Below, piece after piece: positions 16,967-25,661 of a stretch of DNA of 32,000 bases. The position numbers and the translations under genes are program-made. Positions within the stretch are counted from its first letter, which is position 1. The number at the start of each line of letters is the position of its first letter. This DNA is from Caldimicrobium thiodismutans (GTDB taxonomy: Bacteria; Desulfobacterota; Thermodesulfobacteria; Thermodesulfobacteriales; Thermodesulfobacteriaceae). The notes under the pieces are model-generated. The model made no database searches, was not told where the DNA came from, and saw only the letters and a program-made list of their open reading frames with translations. The stretch spans positions 1,230,001-1,262,000 of the forward strand of contig NZ_AP014945.1 in the NCBI RefSeq assembly GCF_001548275.1, read 5' to 3'.

Positions 16967-17363
16967 CTTCGTCTCCTCCTGCAATTTTTGTTTATAATAT
17001 AAGCATGTCCTCTTTGCAAAAAATCTCTTCTATCCATACCCAAAAAATCTTTTTCCTTGAAAGCTAAATTGAAGAACTCTCCGTTCTTCTTGACGAAGAA
17101 AATCAAAAATGGTCTCCTAATGAAACCGATATTCTCTCCTCTATAAAGGGAGTTTCCAAAGACCTTGCTAATAGATTTATTGCCGAGATAAGATATATTA
17201 AAAAGTTTTGAGAGCCTGCTAAAAAGATTATCAAATATGCAGGGCTTGATCCTGTTATTAAACAACCTGGTAAATGGAAGAGTAAAAGAATTAACAATTC
17301 CGGGGTGATCTGCCATGGATAAAATTTTTACCTTACCCTATTTTCTGATAGTTAGTTGTCTCC
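16967..17363 (-). repeat. bipartite intergenic repeat, copy B (between the Cys-rich gene and the epimerase gene)
   Basis: The upstream module (17291-17363) and downstream module (~16974-17019) are homologous to copy A. It contains TTGCAA-17-TATAAA (16991-17019) and the epimerase RBS. The interior is about 120 nt longer than in copy A and is not obviously alignable. Confidence 0.7.
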
Positions 17364-17861
17364 TTAGAGATTAAATTGCTTTTTAAGATATTCACAAAGT
17401 TCAAAGGTTAAGGTTACTTCTTCCTCAAGAGAATTCTGCAAAAATATAAGGTTTGCAGGGCCTAAAAATTCAGAGAGTTCTCTACAAAAAAAATTTCGAC
17501 AAAAAAGAGGGGTTAATTTAAGGACACAACCCCTTTCACCTAAAAAAAGACAATCCCTATCTGAGTTCTTAGGAAAGGAAAAGATCTTATTTTCAAGGTG
17601 AAATAGGTAAAGATTTAGAAAGAATTCCTCTTGGCTGAGTTTCCACTCCAGGCCCTCACCACAACATCTTATACCCTTCTTTGCACAAGCCGCACAAAAG
17701 GCAAAGGACCCCTTTTCCAGAAAGGCCTTTTTACTTTTCTCCAAGGCAAAGGCAAGTTCCTCAACCTTTTTTCTCAAATAGGTATCCCTCTGCCAAAGAG
17801 GGATAAGCACTGGTTCAAAAAACTCTCTAAGTCTTTGAAAGTAAAATAAAGCTTCCCTCAT
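17364..17861 (-). CDS. YkgJ-type (CxxCxxCC family) putative Fe-S/zinc-binding protein
   Basis: The Cys pattern 'CAACAKKGIRCC ... DCLFLGERGCVLKLTPLFCRNFFC' resembles the UPF0153/YkgJ zinc- or iron-chelating domain. The start overlaps the DUF1015 stop by 4 nt. Confidence 0.55.
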   Translation of the reverse strand: MREALFYFQRLREFFEPVLIPLWQRDTYLRKKVEELAFALEKSKKAFLEKGSFAFCAACAKKGIRCCGEGLEWKLSQEEFFLNLYLFHLENKIFSFPKNSDRDCLFLGERGCVLKLTPLFCRNFFCRELSEFLGPANLIFLQNSLEEEVTLTFELCEYLKKQFNL

Positions 17862-19108
17862 TTTACAGGACTGCCCTTGATCTGATTCATCACAAAACCT
17901 GTTAAAATCTTGGGATAAAAATAGGTTGACTTATGGGGCATAAGCTTTCTTTTTGAAGCTATTTTTTTAAGAATTTCAGCTGAAACTCTGGGAAAAAGGA
18001 CACCTATTTTTTCTTTTTGGGTTTTTTTAAAGACTTCCTCTTCCTGGGCATAAAAATCAACTTTTCCTTGTTCTTTTAATGTGGCCTCCTTAACTCCCAA
18101 GGTTACTTCAAGGAGTTGTAAGAAATTATAAAGAGGAAGAGCTGAAAGTTCCGGTTCTTTGGCTTTTATTTGGGAAAAAAGATTAGACTTCAACTTATAG
18201 ACCTTCAAGGTCTCTCCGTCAAATAGGGCGAAGCAGTCCCCCTTACCGTAAAGCTCAAATTTTAAGGTATTCCATTCAGAGGAAATAGTTTCCTCTACAA
18301 CTTCCCCCATCTCGCTTATTCCCTTCAAAAGGCTCTCCCTTTCCTTGAGAGACAATTTATAGATACGATGTGTAGGAAGCATTAGAAGATTTTCATCCTC
18401 AAAGGGGCTTAAATACATGGCCATGTATTGATAATCTCTCCCTTCCTCTTTTCCGTAAAGGGATTCCATGTAGGCCTTATATTTCAGGGCTGTTGTATAG
18501 CGATGATGACCATCAGCAATAAAAAGATTTTTGTCCTTTAAAAAGGCAGAAACTTTATTTATGATATTTACATCTTGAATTTTAGCCAGTCTTTGAGTTT
18601 CTCCTTCCTGAACTACCTCTCCAAAAAGCTCAGCATTGTGCGAAAGGTTCTTCAAGGTCTCCAAGGTGGGATCCTCATAAAGACTATAGATCTGACTAAA
18701 CTGGAATCCTGTAGCTTTTAAAAGCTTGAAGCGATCTTCTGTTACCTTAGCATAGACCTTTTCATGGGGGAGTATGATTCCCTCTTCAAAGGGATAGAGT
18801 TTCACAAGTAAGATTAAGCCCTTTCTTAAATAGGCCTTACCTTCATAATTAAAGGCTAATTCATGATAATAGAGAGTTGGCTTTCCATTTTGGACAAAAA
18901 TATTTTCTTCTATGAATCTTTTTAAAAGGGAACTGGCCTCTTCAAAATCTTCCGCAAGCTCAAGGTGAAAGATATTATAAGGACTCTTTTTTTTATATTC
19001 AGCAACTTCTTCAGAAGTGACTACATCGTAAGGTGGGGCAAGAACCTCCGAAAGTCTTACCTTTTCAAGATTGTATAACCAGCCGCAAAAAGGAAGACAC
19101 TCAGGCAT
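17858..19108 (-). CDS. DUF1015 family protein
   Basis: 'PFCGWLYN...VLAPPYDVVTSEE' and 'FIADGHHRY' are the conserved DUF1015 blocks. The length is 416 aa. Confidence 0.8.
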   Translation of the reverse strand: MPECLPFCGWLYNLEKVRLSEVLAPPYDVVTSEEVAEYKKKSPYNIFHLELAEDFEEASSLLKRFIEENIFVQNGKPTLYYHELAFNYEGKAYLRKGLILLVKLYPFEEGIILPHEKVYAKVTEDRFKLLKATGFQFSQIYSLYEDPTLETLKNLSHNAELFGEVVQEGETQRLAKIQDVNIINKVSAFLKDKNLFIADGHHRYTTALKYKAYMESLYGKEEGRDYQYMAMYLSPFEDENLLMLPTHRIYKLSLKERESLLKGISEMGEVVEETISSEWNTLKFELYGKGDCFALFDGETLKVYKLKSNLFSQIKAKEPELSALPLYNFLQLLEVTLGVKEATLKEQGKVDFYAQEEEVFKKTQKEKIGVLFPRVSAEILKKIASKRKLMPHKSTYFYPKILTGFVMNQIKGSPVK

Positions 19109-19384
19109 TTAATCTTCAATGAAGGTGTAATGTTTTCTAATAGGTTCCTTGATGTCCCAGACACAGGAGAGCCCTTTGGGAAAGGTAACTAAATCACCTT
19201 TTTTTATATCGATCTTTTGTCCATCTGGAAGCTCAACAATAACTCTTCCTTCAAGGAAGTAACACATCTCTGTTTCACCATAATACCAGTCAAAGCGAGA
19301 TATCTCTTTAGTCCAGATAGGCCAGGTCTCAACCTTTAAGGCTGAAAGCCTTTCTTTATCAGGACTTTCAATCTTAACCTCCAT
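19109..19384 (-). CDS. small cupin (cupin_3 / DUF861-like) protein
   Basis: 'VETWPIWTKEISRFDWYYGETEMCYFLEGRVIVELPDGQKIDIKKGDLVTFPKG' is a single cupin barrel. I placed the start at the internal ATG (MEVKIESP); the 42-codon upstream extension in the track ORF looks non-coding. The start choice is uncertain. Confidence 0.65.
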   Translation of the reverse strand: MEVKIESPDKERLSALKVETWPIWTKEISRFDWYYGETEMCYFLEGRVIVELPDGQKIDIKKGDLVTFPKGLSCVWDIKEPIRKHYTFIED

Positions 19385-19614
19385 AAGAAACCCCTGTCCT
19401 AAATTTTCCCTAAGTTTAGCAAAACTTTTCAAAAATACAAGAAAAATATATGGGGCCCTATCTTTTGAGATTTTTAGCTTACCTTTTTGGCAGATAAACC
19501 TGCGCTTCATTTTATCATTAACTATAAAGCCTCCCCTGTATAAATTTGTAAATCCTTTAGTTGGGCTAATATTTATTTGTCCAACCCTTTGATTGCAATC
19601 TGTAGTAAGTGGGC

Positions 19615-19722
19615 GAGTTTCAACATTAATGCAGGTGCAGCCAAAGGGAGCATTTCCTTTAGAAGTTGAGCAAATTTTGAAATTATTTGTAGGGGTTCAC
19701 GATTTTAAACCCCTACATTGGT
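19615..19722 (+). repeat. dispersed intergenic repeat, copy C (with 9-bp hairpin)
   Basis: AGTTTCAACATTAATGCAGGTGCAG ... GATTTTAAACCCCTACATTGG. It contains the perfect hairpin GTAGGGGTT-N10-AACCCCTAC (19689-19716) and is homologous to 30249-30328. Confidence 0.6.
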
Positions 19723-19931
19723 TATCCTTTATAAAAATAACACCTTTTCCTCAATTAAGGAAATTTCTTTGTTCCATACTTTTCAAGTTTTTTACCTTTC
19801 CTTTTTCTTGTAAGGATCTGAACTTATGCAGGAAAAAAGAAGAATCCTTTAAAACTCTTACTTTTAGTTGTAAAAATTTAAAATTAAGGTATGGTAAGGA
19901 TTTAAAATACCTTGGAAAGGAGAGGAAGAGT

Positions 19932-21212
19932 ATGCGTTTAGAGGTTGAAGAGAGAAGTTCTGTTGAGAAACTCTTAAACATTGAGGTTCCCCCAGAAGAG
20001 GTGAATAAAATTATAGAGGAGGTTACTGCTGAGGTCAGGAAAAGGGCCAAACTTAAAGGATTTAGAGAGGGTAAGGCTCCAGTTTATCTGGTAAAAAAGC
20101 TCTTCAAAGAGGAGATTGAAGAAAAGGGCATTGAGCGAATCATTCAAAAGACCTTGCCTTCTGCCCTTGAAGAAAAAAAGCTTGAGCCTTTACTTCGTCC
20201 TCGGGTGGAAAGTATAGATCGTCTCTCCGAAGGCGCACCCTTTAAATATAGCGTGCTTGTAGAAATTAGACCCTCCTTTGAGCTCAAAAAGGAAGACTAT
20301 CTTGGTCTTGAAATAGAAAGAGAAAAGGATGAGGTTAGTAACGAAGAAGTGGAAAAGATGCTTGAAGAGCTTAGATACTCCTTTTCCGAATTAAAAAAGG
20401 TAGATGAGCCTATAGAAGAGAGATTTGCAGCAGTAATCGCCTTTTCTGCTTTTGATGGGGACAACCTTATTCCAGGTCATCAAGCTGAAGCTCTTTTCAT
20501 TGATGTGGGAACGGGAGAGTTTAATGAAAAGGTTGAGAAAGAACTTATCGGTAAAAAACCAGGGGATAAATTAACTGTAGAGGTTGAATATCCTGAGTCT
20601 GCCCTTAATCCTTTACTTGCAGGAAAAAAGGTTCGTTATGAAATTGAGGTAAAGGAAGTTTACAAAAGAGACCTTCAGGAATTAACCGATTCCTTTGTTC
20701 AGACCTTGAATTTAGGTATAGATTCAGTAGAAAAACTCAAAGAGACCATAAAAGAAAGACTCCTTAAAGACAAGAGTAGAAAAAATGAAAATCAATATCG
20801 GGAAAAACTTATGGAAAAAATTCTGGAAAAGGTGGATTTTACTGTTCCCCAAAGATATGTTGAGATCAAATTTCATCAATTAGTTGAAAATTTAAGGGAA
20901 TCCTTAGAAAGAGAAGGACTAAGTTTTGACAAGATGACCCTTTCTCCGGAAAAGCTTAGAGAAAGACTTTATCCTGTAGCTGAAAAGCTCTCCAAGGAGG
21001 AGATAATCCTTGACAAAATTGCTGAATTAGAGGGGATTGAAATTAGTGATGAAGAGATTCAAAGGCAACTTCAGGTCATTCAACAGGGGCTACAGGTTCC
21101 CCTTGAAGAGGCAAGCAGGATTGTTTATTATAATATTTTACCAAAAATGTTAGCTGAAAGGGTTATGAAATTTCTTGTGGAAAATTCTAAACCTGTATAC
21201 AAGGAGAATTAA
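19932..21212 (+). CDS. tig: trigger factor
   Basis: '[24 protein letters not shown]...' has typical Tig N-terminal and PPIase architecture at 426 aa. The RBS GGAAAGGAGAGG precedes ATG 19932. The track ORF's 113-aa N-terminal extension from 19593 crosses a repeat and is rejected. Confidence 0.9.
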   Translation: MRLEVEERSSVEKLLNIEVPPEEVNKIIEEVTAEVRKRAKLKGFREGKAPVYLVKKLFKEEIEEKGIERIIQKTLPSALEEKKLEPLLRPRVESIDRLSEGAPFKYSVLVEIRPSFELKKEDYLGLEIEREKDEVSNEEVEKMLEELRYSFSELKKVDEPIEERFAAVIAFSAFDGDNLIPGHQAEALFIDVGTGEFNEKVEKELIGKKPGDKLTVEVEYPESALNPLLAGKKVRYEIEVKEVYKRDLQELTDSFVQTLNLGIDSVEKLKETIKERLLKDKSRKNENQYREKLMEKILEKVDFTVPQRYVEIKFHQLVENLRESLEREGLSFDKMTLSPEKLRERLYPVAEKLSKEEIILDKIAELEGIEISDEEIQRQLQVIQQGLQVPLEEASRIVYYNILPKMLAERVMKFLVENSKPVYKEN

Positions 21213-21216
21213 TTTT

Positions 21217-21810
21217 ATGAGTTATTATGTCCCTATAGTTATTGAGCAGACTGGGAGAACCGAGAGAGCCTATGATATCTATTCAAGACTTCTCAAAGAG
21301 CGCATTATCTTTCTTGGAACCCCTATAGATGAAAAAGTGGCTAATTTAGTTGTGGCTCAGCTTCTTTTTTTAGAAGCTGAAGACCCTGAAAAGGATATCA
21401 TGATTTATCTCAATTCTCCAGGAGGGCTTGTTACCGCTGGGCTTGCTATTTATGATACCATGCAATACATAAAACCTGATGTGTGCACTATTTGTGTTGG
21501 TCAGGCAGCCAGCATGGCTGCGGTGTTGCTTGCTGCTGGAACAAAAGGCAAAAGATATGCCCTAAAACACTCTCGAATCATGCTTCATCAACCCATGGGG
21601 GCCTTTCAAGGGCAAGCTACAGATGTAGAAATTCAGGCTAAGGAAATCCTTCGCCTCCGGGAAGTTTTAAATAATATCCTTTCTCACCACACAGGCCAGG
21701 ATAAAGAAAAGATTAGATTAGACACAGAGAGAGATTTTTATATGTCAGCTGATGAGGCCTTAGAATATGGCCTCATTGATAAAATCTTAGTTGAAAGAGA
21801 GGTAAAATAA
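21217..21810 (+). CDS. clpP: ATP-dependent Clp protease proteolytic subunit
   Basis: '[34 protein letters not shown]' begins the protein, and '[14 protein letters not shown]' has the catalytic Ser context. The AAGGAG RBS sits at the tig stop. Confidence 0.95.
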   Translation: MSYYVPIVIEQTGRTERAYDIYSRLLKERIIFLGTPIDEKVANLVVAQLLFLEAEDPEKDIMIYLNSPGGLVTAGLAIYDTMQYIKPDVCTICVGQAASMAAVLLAAGTKGKRYALKHSRIMLHQPMGAFQGQATDVEIQAKEILRLREVLNNILSHHTGQDKEKIRLDTERDFYMSADEALEYGLIDKILVEREVK

Positions 21811-21811
21811 G

Positions 21812-23065
21812 ATGACTAAGGGAGAACCAAAATGTTCCTTTTGTGGAAAAGGGCAAGGAGAAGTCCTAAAACTCATTGCTGGCTCTTCTGCTTGTATCTG
21901 TAATGAGTGTGTTGAACTTTGTAATGAGATTCTTGAGGAAGAATACGAAAAGTCTGAAATTACTCCTGAAGATACCGGACTTCCCAAACCTTCAGAAATC
22001 AAGGCCTACCTTGACCAATATGTTATCGGCCAGGAAAGAGCCAAAAAAATTCTATCTGTAGCAGTTTATAATCACTATAAGAGGATTGAAAAGGAAAAAA
22101 TTGTCAAGAGAAAAAGGAATGATGTGGAGATCCAAAAAACTAATATTCTCCTTGTAGGCCCAACGGGGTCCGGAAAAACTCTCTTAGCTCAAACCTTAGC
22201 CCGTTTTTTAGAGGTTCCCTTTACTATTGCAGATGCCACTCCTCTGACTGAGGCAGGTTATGTAGGAGAAGATGTAGAAAATATACTTCTCTACCTTCTT
22301 CAGGCTGCTAATTTTGACATAGAACTTGCTCAAAAGGGTATTGTTTACATAGATGAGATTGATAAAATTGCCAGAAAAAGTGATAGCCCTTCTATTACCC
22401 GAGATGTCTCGGGAGAAGGTGTCCAGCAAGCTCTTTTAAAGATTCTTGAGGGAACTATAGCCAATATTCCTCCCAAAGGGGGAAGAAAGCATCCTCATCA
22501 GGAATACATTCGTATGGATACAACTAATATCCTTTTTATCTGTGGAGGAGCCTTTGTGGGGCTTGAAGAAATCATTAAAAAAAGGTTGGGAAAGGGCTCG
22601 ATTGGATTTGGAGCTGAAATAAAAAATACCAAAGATCTTACCCTTGGAGAAGTTCTTTCCTGCATTCAGCCTGAAGACCTTATTAAATTTGGATTTATCC
22701 CTGAATTTGTAGGAAGAATTCCTGTAGTGGCAACCCTTGAAGAACTCAAAGTGGATGATCTTGTTAGGATCCTTGTAGAGCCCAAAAACTCAGTCCTTAA
22801 ACAATACCAAAAGCTTATGGAAATGGAAGATGTGGAACTTAAGTTTACAGAGGAAGCCTTAAGGGCCATTGCAGAGGAAGCTTATAGAAGAAAGACTGGT
22901 GCAAGAGGCCTAAGATCCATTCTTGAAGAAGTTATGATTGATGTTATGTATGAGATTCCCTCCTTGAGAGATGTAAAAGAATGTGTGATTACTAAAGAGG
23001 TTGTCTTGAAAAAAGAAAGACCCATCTTAATTTTTAATAGTAAAAAGAAAATCAAGGAGGGATAA
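21812..23065 (+). CDS. clpX: ATP-dependent Clp protease ATP-binding subunit ClpX
   Basis: The zinc-binding N-terminus 'CSFCGK...[10 protein letters not shown]' and the Walker A motif 'GPTGSGKT' are present. The start lies 1 nt after the clpP stop. Confidence 0.95.
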   Translation: MTKGEPKCSFCGKGQGEVLKLIAGSSACICNECVELCNEILEEEYEKSEITPEDTGLPKPSEIKAYLDQYVIGQERAKKILSVAVYNHYKRIEKEKIVKRKRNDVEIQKTNILLVGPTGSGKTLLAQTLARFLEVPFTIADATPLTEAGYVGEDVENILLYLLQAANFDIELAQKGIVYIDEIDKIARKSDSPSITRDVSGEGVQQALLKILEGTIANIPPKGGRKHPHQEYIRMDTTNILFICGGAFVGLEEIIKKRLGKGSIGFGAEIKNTKDLTLGEVLSCIQPEDLIKFGFIPEFVGRIPVVATLEELKVDDLVRILVEPKNSVLKQYQKLMEMEDVELKFTEEALRAIAEEAYRRKTGARGLRSILEEVMIDVMYEIPSLRDVKECVITKEVVLKKERPILIFNSKKKIKEG

Positions 23066-23072
23066 CTCAGAT

Positions 23073-25511
23073 ATGAGGAAAAAAGTTGAACCTAAGGAAG
23101 GCTTAATGAGTCTTCCCCTTTTACCTTTAAGGGAGATTGTAATTTTTCCTAACACTGCTGTGCCCCTTTTCATTGGGAGGGCAAAAAGCATTCAGGCTAT
23201 TGAATCTGCTTACAGAAATAATAAACTCCTTTTTCTATCTGCACAGAAGGATCCCAAAAAGGATAATCCTGATGAAGAAGATATATTCAAAGTTGGAACT
23301 CTTTGCAAAATAGTTCAACTCTTGAAGCTTCCAGATGGTTCTTTAAAGATTTTGGTTGAAGGGCTTAACCGTGGAAGAATTGTAAGATTTATTCCCAATC
23401 CAGATTATTTTCAAGTGGAAATTGAGATTAAGACTGAGGTCCTGGAGTCTGATGTAGAGACTCTGGCCCTTTTTAAGCTCTGTAAAGAGGCCTTTGAAGA
23501 GTATGCCCAGTTTAATAAAAAGCTCAATCCTGAAACAGTTTCAGCCCTTCTTCAAGTAGAAGACTCCGCTGAACTTGCAGATAGAATGGCAGCCCTTCTT
23601 CCTCTCTCCCTTGAACAAAAACAGAAGCTCCTTGAAATAGTAAGTGTCAAAAAGAGGCTTGAGAATCTTCTTCAATTTCTTAGAGGTGAGCTTGAGGTTA
23701 TTAAAACAGAAGCCCGTATTCGTGAGCGTGTCAAGAAGCAGATGGAAAAGCACCAAAGAGATTACTACCTCCAGGAGCAAATGAAGGCCATTCAGAAGGA
23801 ACTCGGGGAAAGAGAAGATGGTAAAAGTGAGCTTAATGAGCTTGAAAATCGTATTAAAAAGAAAAAGCTCCCCAAGAATGTCTCAGCTGTAGTTTGGAAA
23901 GAGTTTAAAAAACTAAGTCTTATGTCACCTATGTCTGCTGAGGCAACGGTGGTTAGAAATTACATAGACTGGATCCTTAGTCTTCCCTGGTATGAGAAGA
24001 CCAAAGATGTAATTGACCTTGTAAAGACAGAAGAACTCTTAAATAAAGAACATTATGGTCTTGAAAAACCCAAACAGAGAATTATTGAACATTTAGCGGT
24101 TCAGAAACTTGTTGATAAAATTAAGGGGCCTATCCTTTGCTTTGTCGGTCCTCCTGGAGTTGGAAAGACCTCTCTTGCCAGATCTATAGCCAAGGCTCTG
24201 GGCAGAAATTTTGTAAGGATCTCCTTAGGTGGAGTGAGAGACGAGGCAGAGATCAGAGGACACAGACGGACCTATGTAGGTGCTCTTCCTGGAAAAATCA
24301 TTCAGGGAATGAAAAAGGCAGGCAGTATTAATCCTGTCTTTTGTTTGGATGAGGTGGATAAGATTGGGACGGATTTTCGTGGAGACCCAGCAGCAGCCCT
24401 TCTTGAGGTTCTTGATCCCGAACAAAACCACTCTTTTCAGGATCACTATCTTGAACTTGAATATGATCTCTCTCAGGTCTTATTTATTACCACAGCCAAT
24501 ACCCTTTATACCATTCCTGCCCCGCTTTTAGATAGAATGGAGATTATTGAACTTCCTGGATACACAGAGGAGGAAAAACTTGAAATTGCAAGGAACTATC
24601 TTATTCCAAGACAGCTTGAGACGCATGGTTTAAAACCTGAATGGCTACCTTTAAAGGATAGAGTTCTTCTTGAACTTATTCGGCGTTATACCCGTGAGGC
24701 AGGAGTAAGAAATCTGGAAAGAGAGATTGCCACAATTTGTAGAAAGGTAGCTAAGGAGGTGGCTAAAGATCCTCATACCTTCAAGCCTTTTAAAATTAAT
24801 ATGTCTGTTCTTGAAAAATTTCTCGGTGTGCCCAGATATAGATATGGACTTGCAGAGGAAAAATCTCAGGTGGGTATTGCAACCGGTCTTGCCTGGACCG
24901 AAACGGGTGGGGCCTTACTTCAGATTGAAGCAGTAATTATGCCAGGAACAGGAAATCTCAAGATTACAGGAAAGCTCGGTGAGGTAATGCAGGAATCAGT
25001 TCAGGCAGCGATGAGTTATGTGAGATCAAGAGCCCTTCAACTTGGTCTCCCCCTTGACTTTTACAAAAAGGTTGACATCCATGTGCATGTGCCTGAAGGG
25101 GCTATCCCGAAAGATGGGCCAAGTGCTGGAATAACCATTGCTACAGCCATAGTTTCTGCCCTGATGAAGATTCCTGTGAAAAATACTGTGGCTATGACCG
25201 GAGAGATTACTCTTAGAGGAAGAATTCTTCCCATTGGAGGTCTAAAAGAAAAACTTCTGGCTGCAGTAAGGGGTGGTATAAAGACAGTGATTATCCCTAA
25301 GGAAAATGAAAAGGATTTAAAGGAAATTAATCCCAAGGTTTTAAAGGGTCTTGAGATTGAGCTTGTGGAAAGTATGGATGAGGTTCTAAAGATAGCCCTT
25401 GAGGTTGAAAATCCTGATGCCCTCTTTAAAGAAACGCCCTATCTTGATGTTTGGGAACTTGTTAGTCTTGAAGAAAAGGTCGGAAAAGAAAATTTTCAGA
25501 TAGAGCACTAA
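23073..25511 (+). CDS. lon: Lon protease (endopeptidase La)
   Basis: '[23 protein letters not shown]' (LON N-domain), Walker A 'GPPGVGKTS' and '[12 protein letters not shown]' (catalytic Ser) are all present. An alternative start at MSLPLL (23106) is possible. Confidence 0.93.
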   Translation: MRKKVEPKEGLMSLPLLPLREIVIFPNTAVPLFIGRAKSIQAIESAYRNNKLLFLSAQKDPKKDNPDEEDIFKVGTLCKIVQLLKLPDGSLKILVEGLNRGRIVRFIPNPDYFQVEIEIKTEVLESDVETLALFKLCKEAFEEYAQFNKKLNPETVSALLQVEDSAELADRMAALLPLSLEQKQKLLEIVSVKKRLENLLQFLRGELEVIKTEARIRERVKKQMEKHQRDYYLQEQMKAIQKELGEREDGKSELNELENRIKKKKLPKNVSAVVWKEFKKLSLMSPMSAEATVVRNYIDWILSLPWYEKTKDVIDLVKTEELLNKEHYGLEKPKQRIIEHLAVQKLVDKIKGPILCFVGPPGVGKTSLARSIAKALGRNFVRISLGGVRDEAEIRGHRRTYVGALPGKIIQGMKKAGSINPVFCLDEVDKIGTDFRGDPAAALLEVLDPEQNHSFQDHYLELEYDLSQVLFITTANTLYTIPAPLLDRMEIIELPGYTEEEKLEIARNYLIPRQLETHGLKPEWLPLKDRVLLELIRRYTREAGVRNLEREIATICRKVAKEVAKDPHTFKPFKINMSVLEKFLGVPRYRYGLAEEKSQVGIATGLAWTETGGALLQIEAVIMPGTGNLKITGKLGEVMQESVQAAMSYVRSRALQLGLPLDFYKKVDIHVHVPEGAIPKDGPSAGITIATAIVSALMKIPVKNTVAMTGEITLRGRILPIGGLKEKLLAAVRGGIKTVIIPKENEKDLKEINPKVLKGLEIELVESMDEVLKIALEVENPDALFKETPYLDVWELVSLEEKVGKENFQIEH

Positions 25512-25520
25512 ATATCCAAA

Positions 25521-25546
25521 AGAGGAGGCAAAGGCCTCCTCTTTTC
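25521..25546 (+). terminator. Rho-independent terminator after lon
   Basis: AGAGGAGGC-AAAG-GCCTCCTCT (9-bp perfect stem) followed by TTTTC. Confidence 0.8.
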
Positions 25547-25600
25547 AAAAATTTTAATTATTTATTAAAATCCTTAATTAATCTTATTAAAAATTTTTAT

Positions 25601-25628
25601 TTGACTTTTCCTAAATATTCTGTATAAA
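25601..25628 (+). promoter_or_regulatory. sigma70-type promoter of the cytochrome gene
   Basis: TTGACT (25601-25606), a 16-nt spacer, then TATAAA (25623-25628). The GGAGGGG RBS and the ATG at 25662 follow. Confidence 0.5.
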
Positions 25629-25661
25629 AAGTTAAAAAATTTTTAATAAAAGGAGGGGCTT

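Noticed and set aside
19624-19650. GCAGGTGCAGCCAAAGG, which resembles the conserved GGAAGCAGCCAAGG of SRP (4.5S) RNA domain IV.
   Set aside because: There is no GNRA tetraloop or complementary 3' strand. The paralogous copy D reads GCAGGGGCAGGTTTAAAAGG, so the resemblance is not preserved.
19593-19931. The 113-codon N-terminal extension of the trigger factor ORF (MQSVVSGRVSTLMQ...).
   Set aside because: The extension has a non-ATG start and no RBS, is low-complexity, and runs through dispersed repeat copy C. A strong RBS and an ATG at 19932 give a canonical Tig N-terminus.
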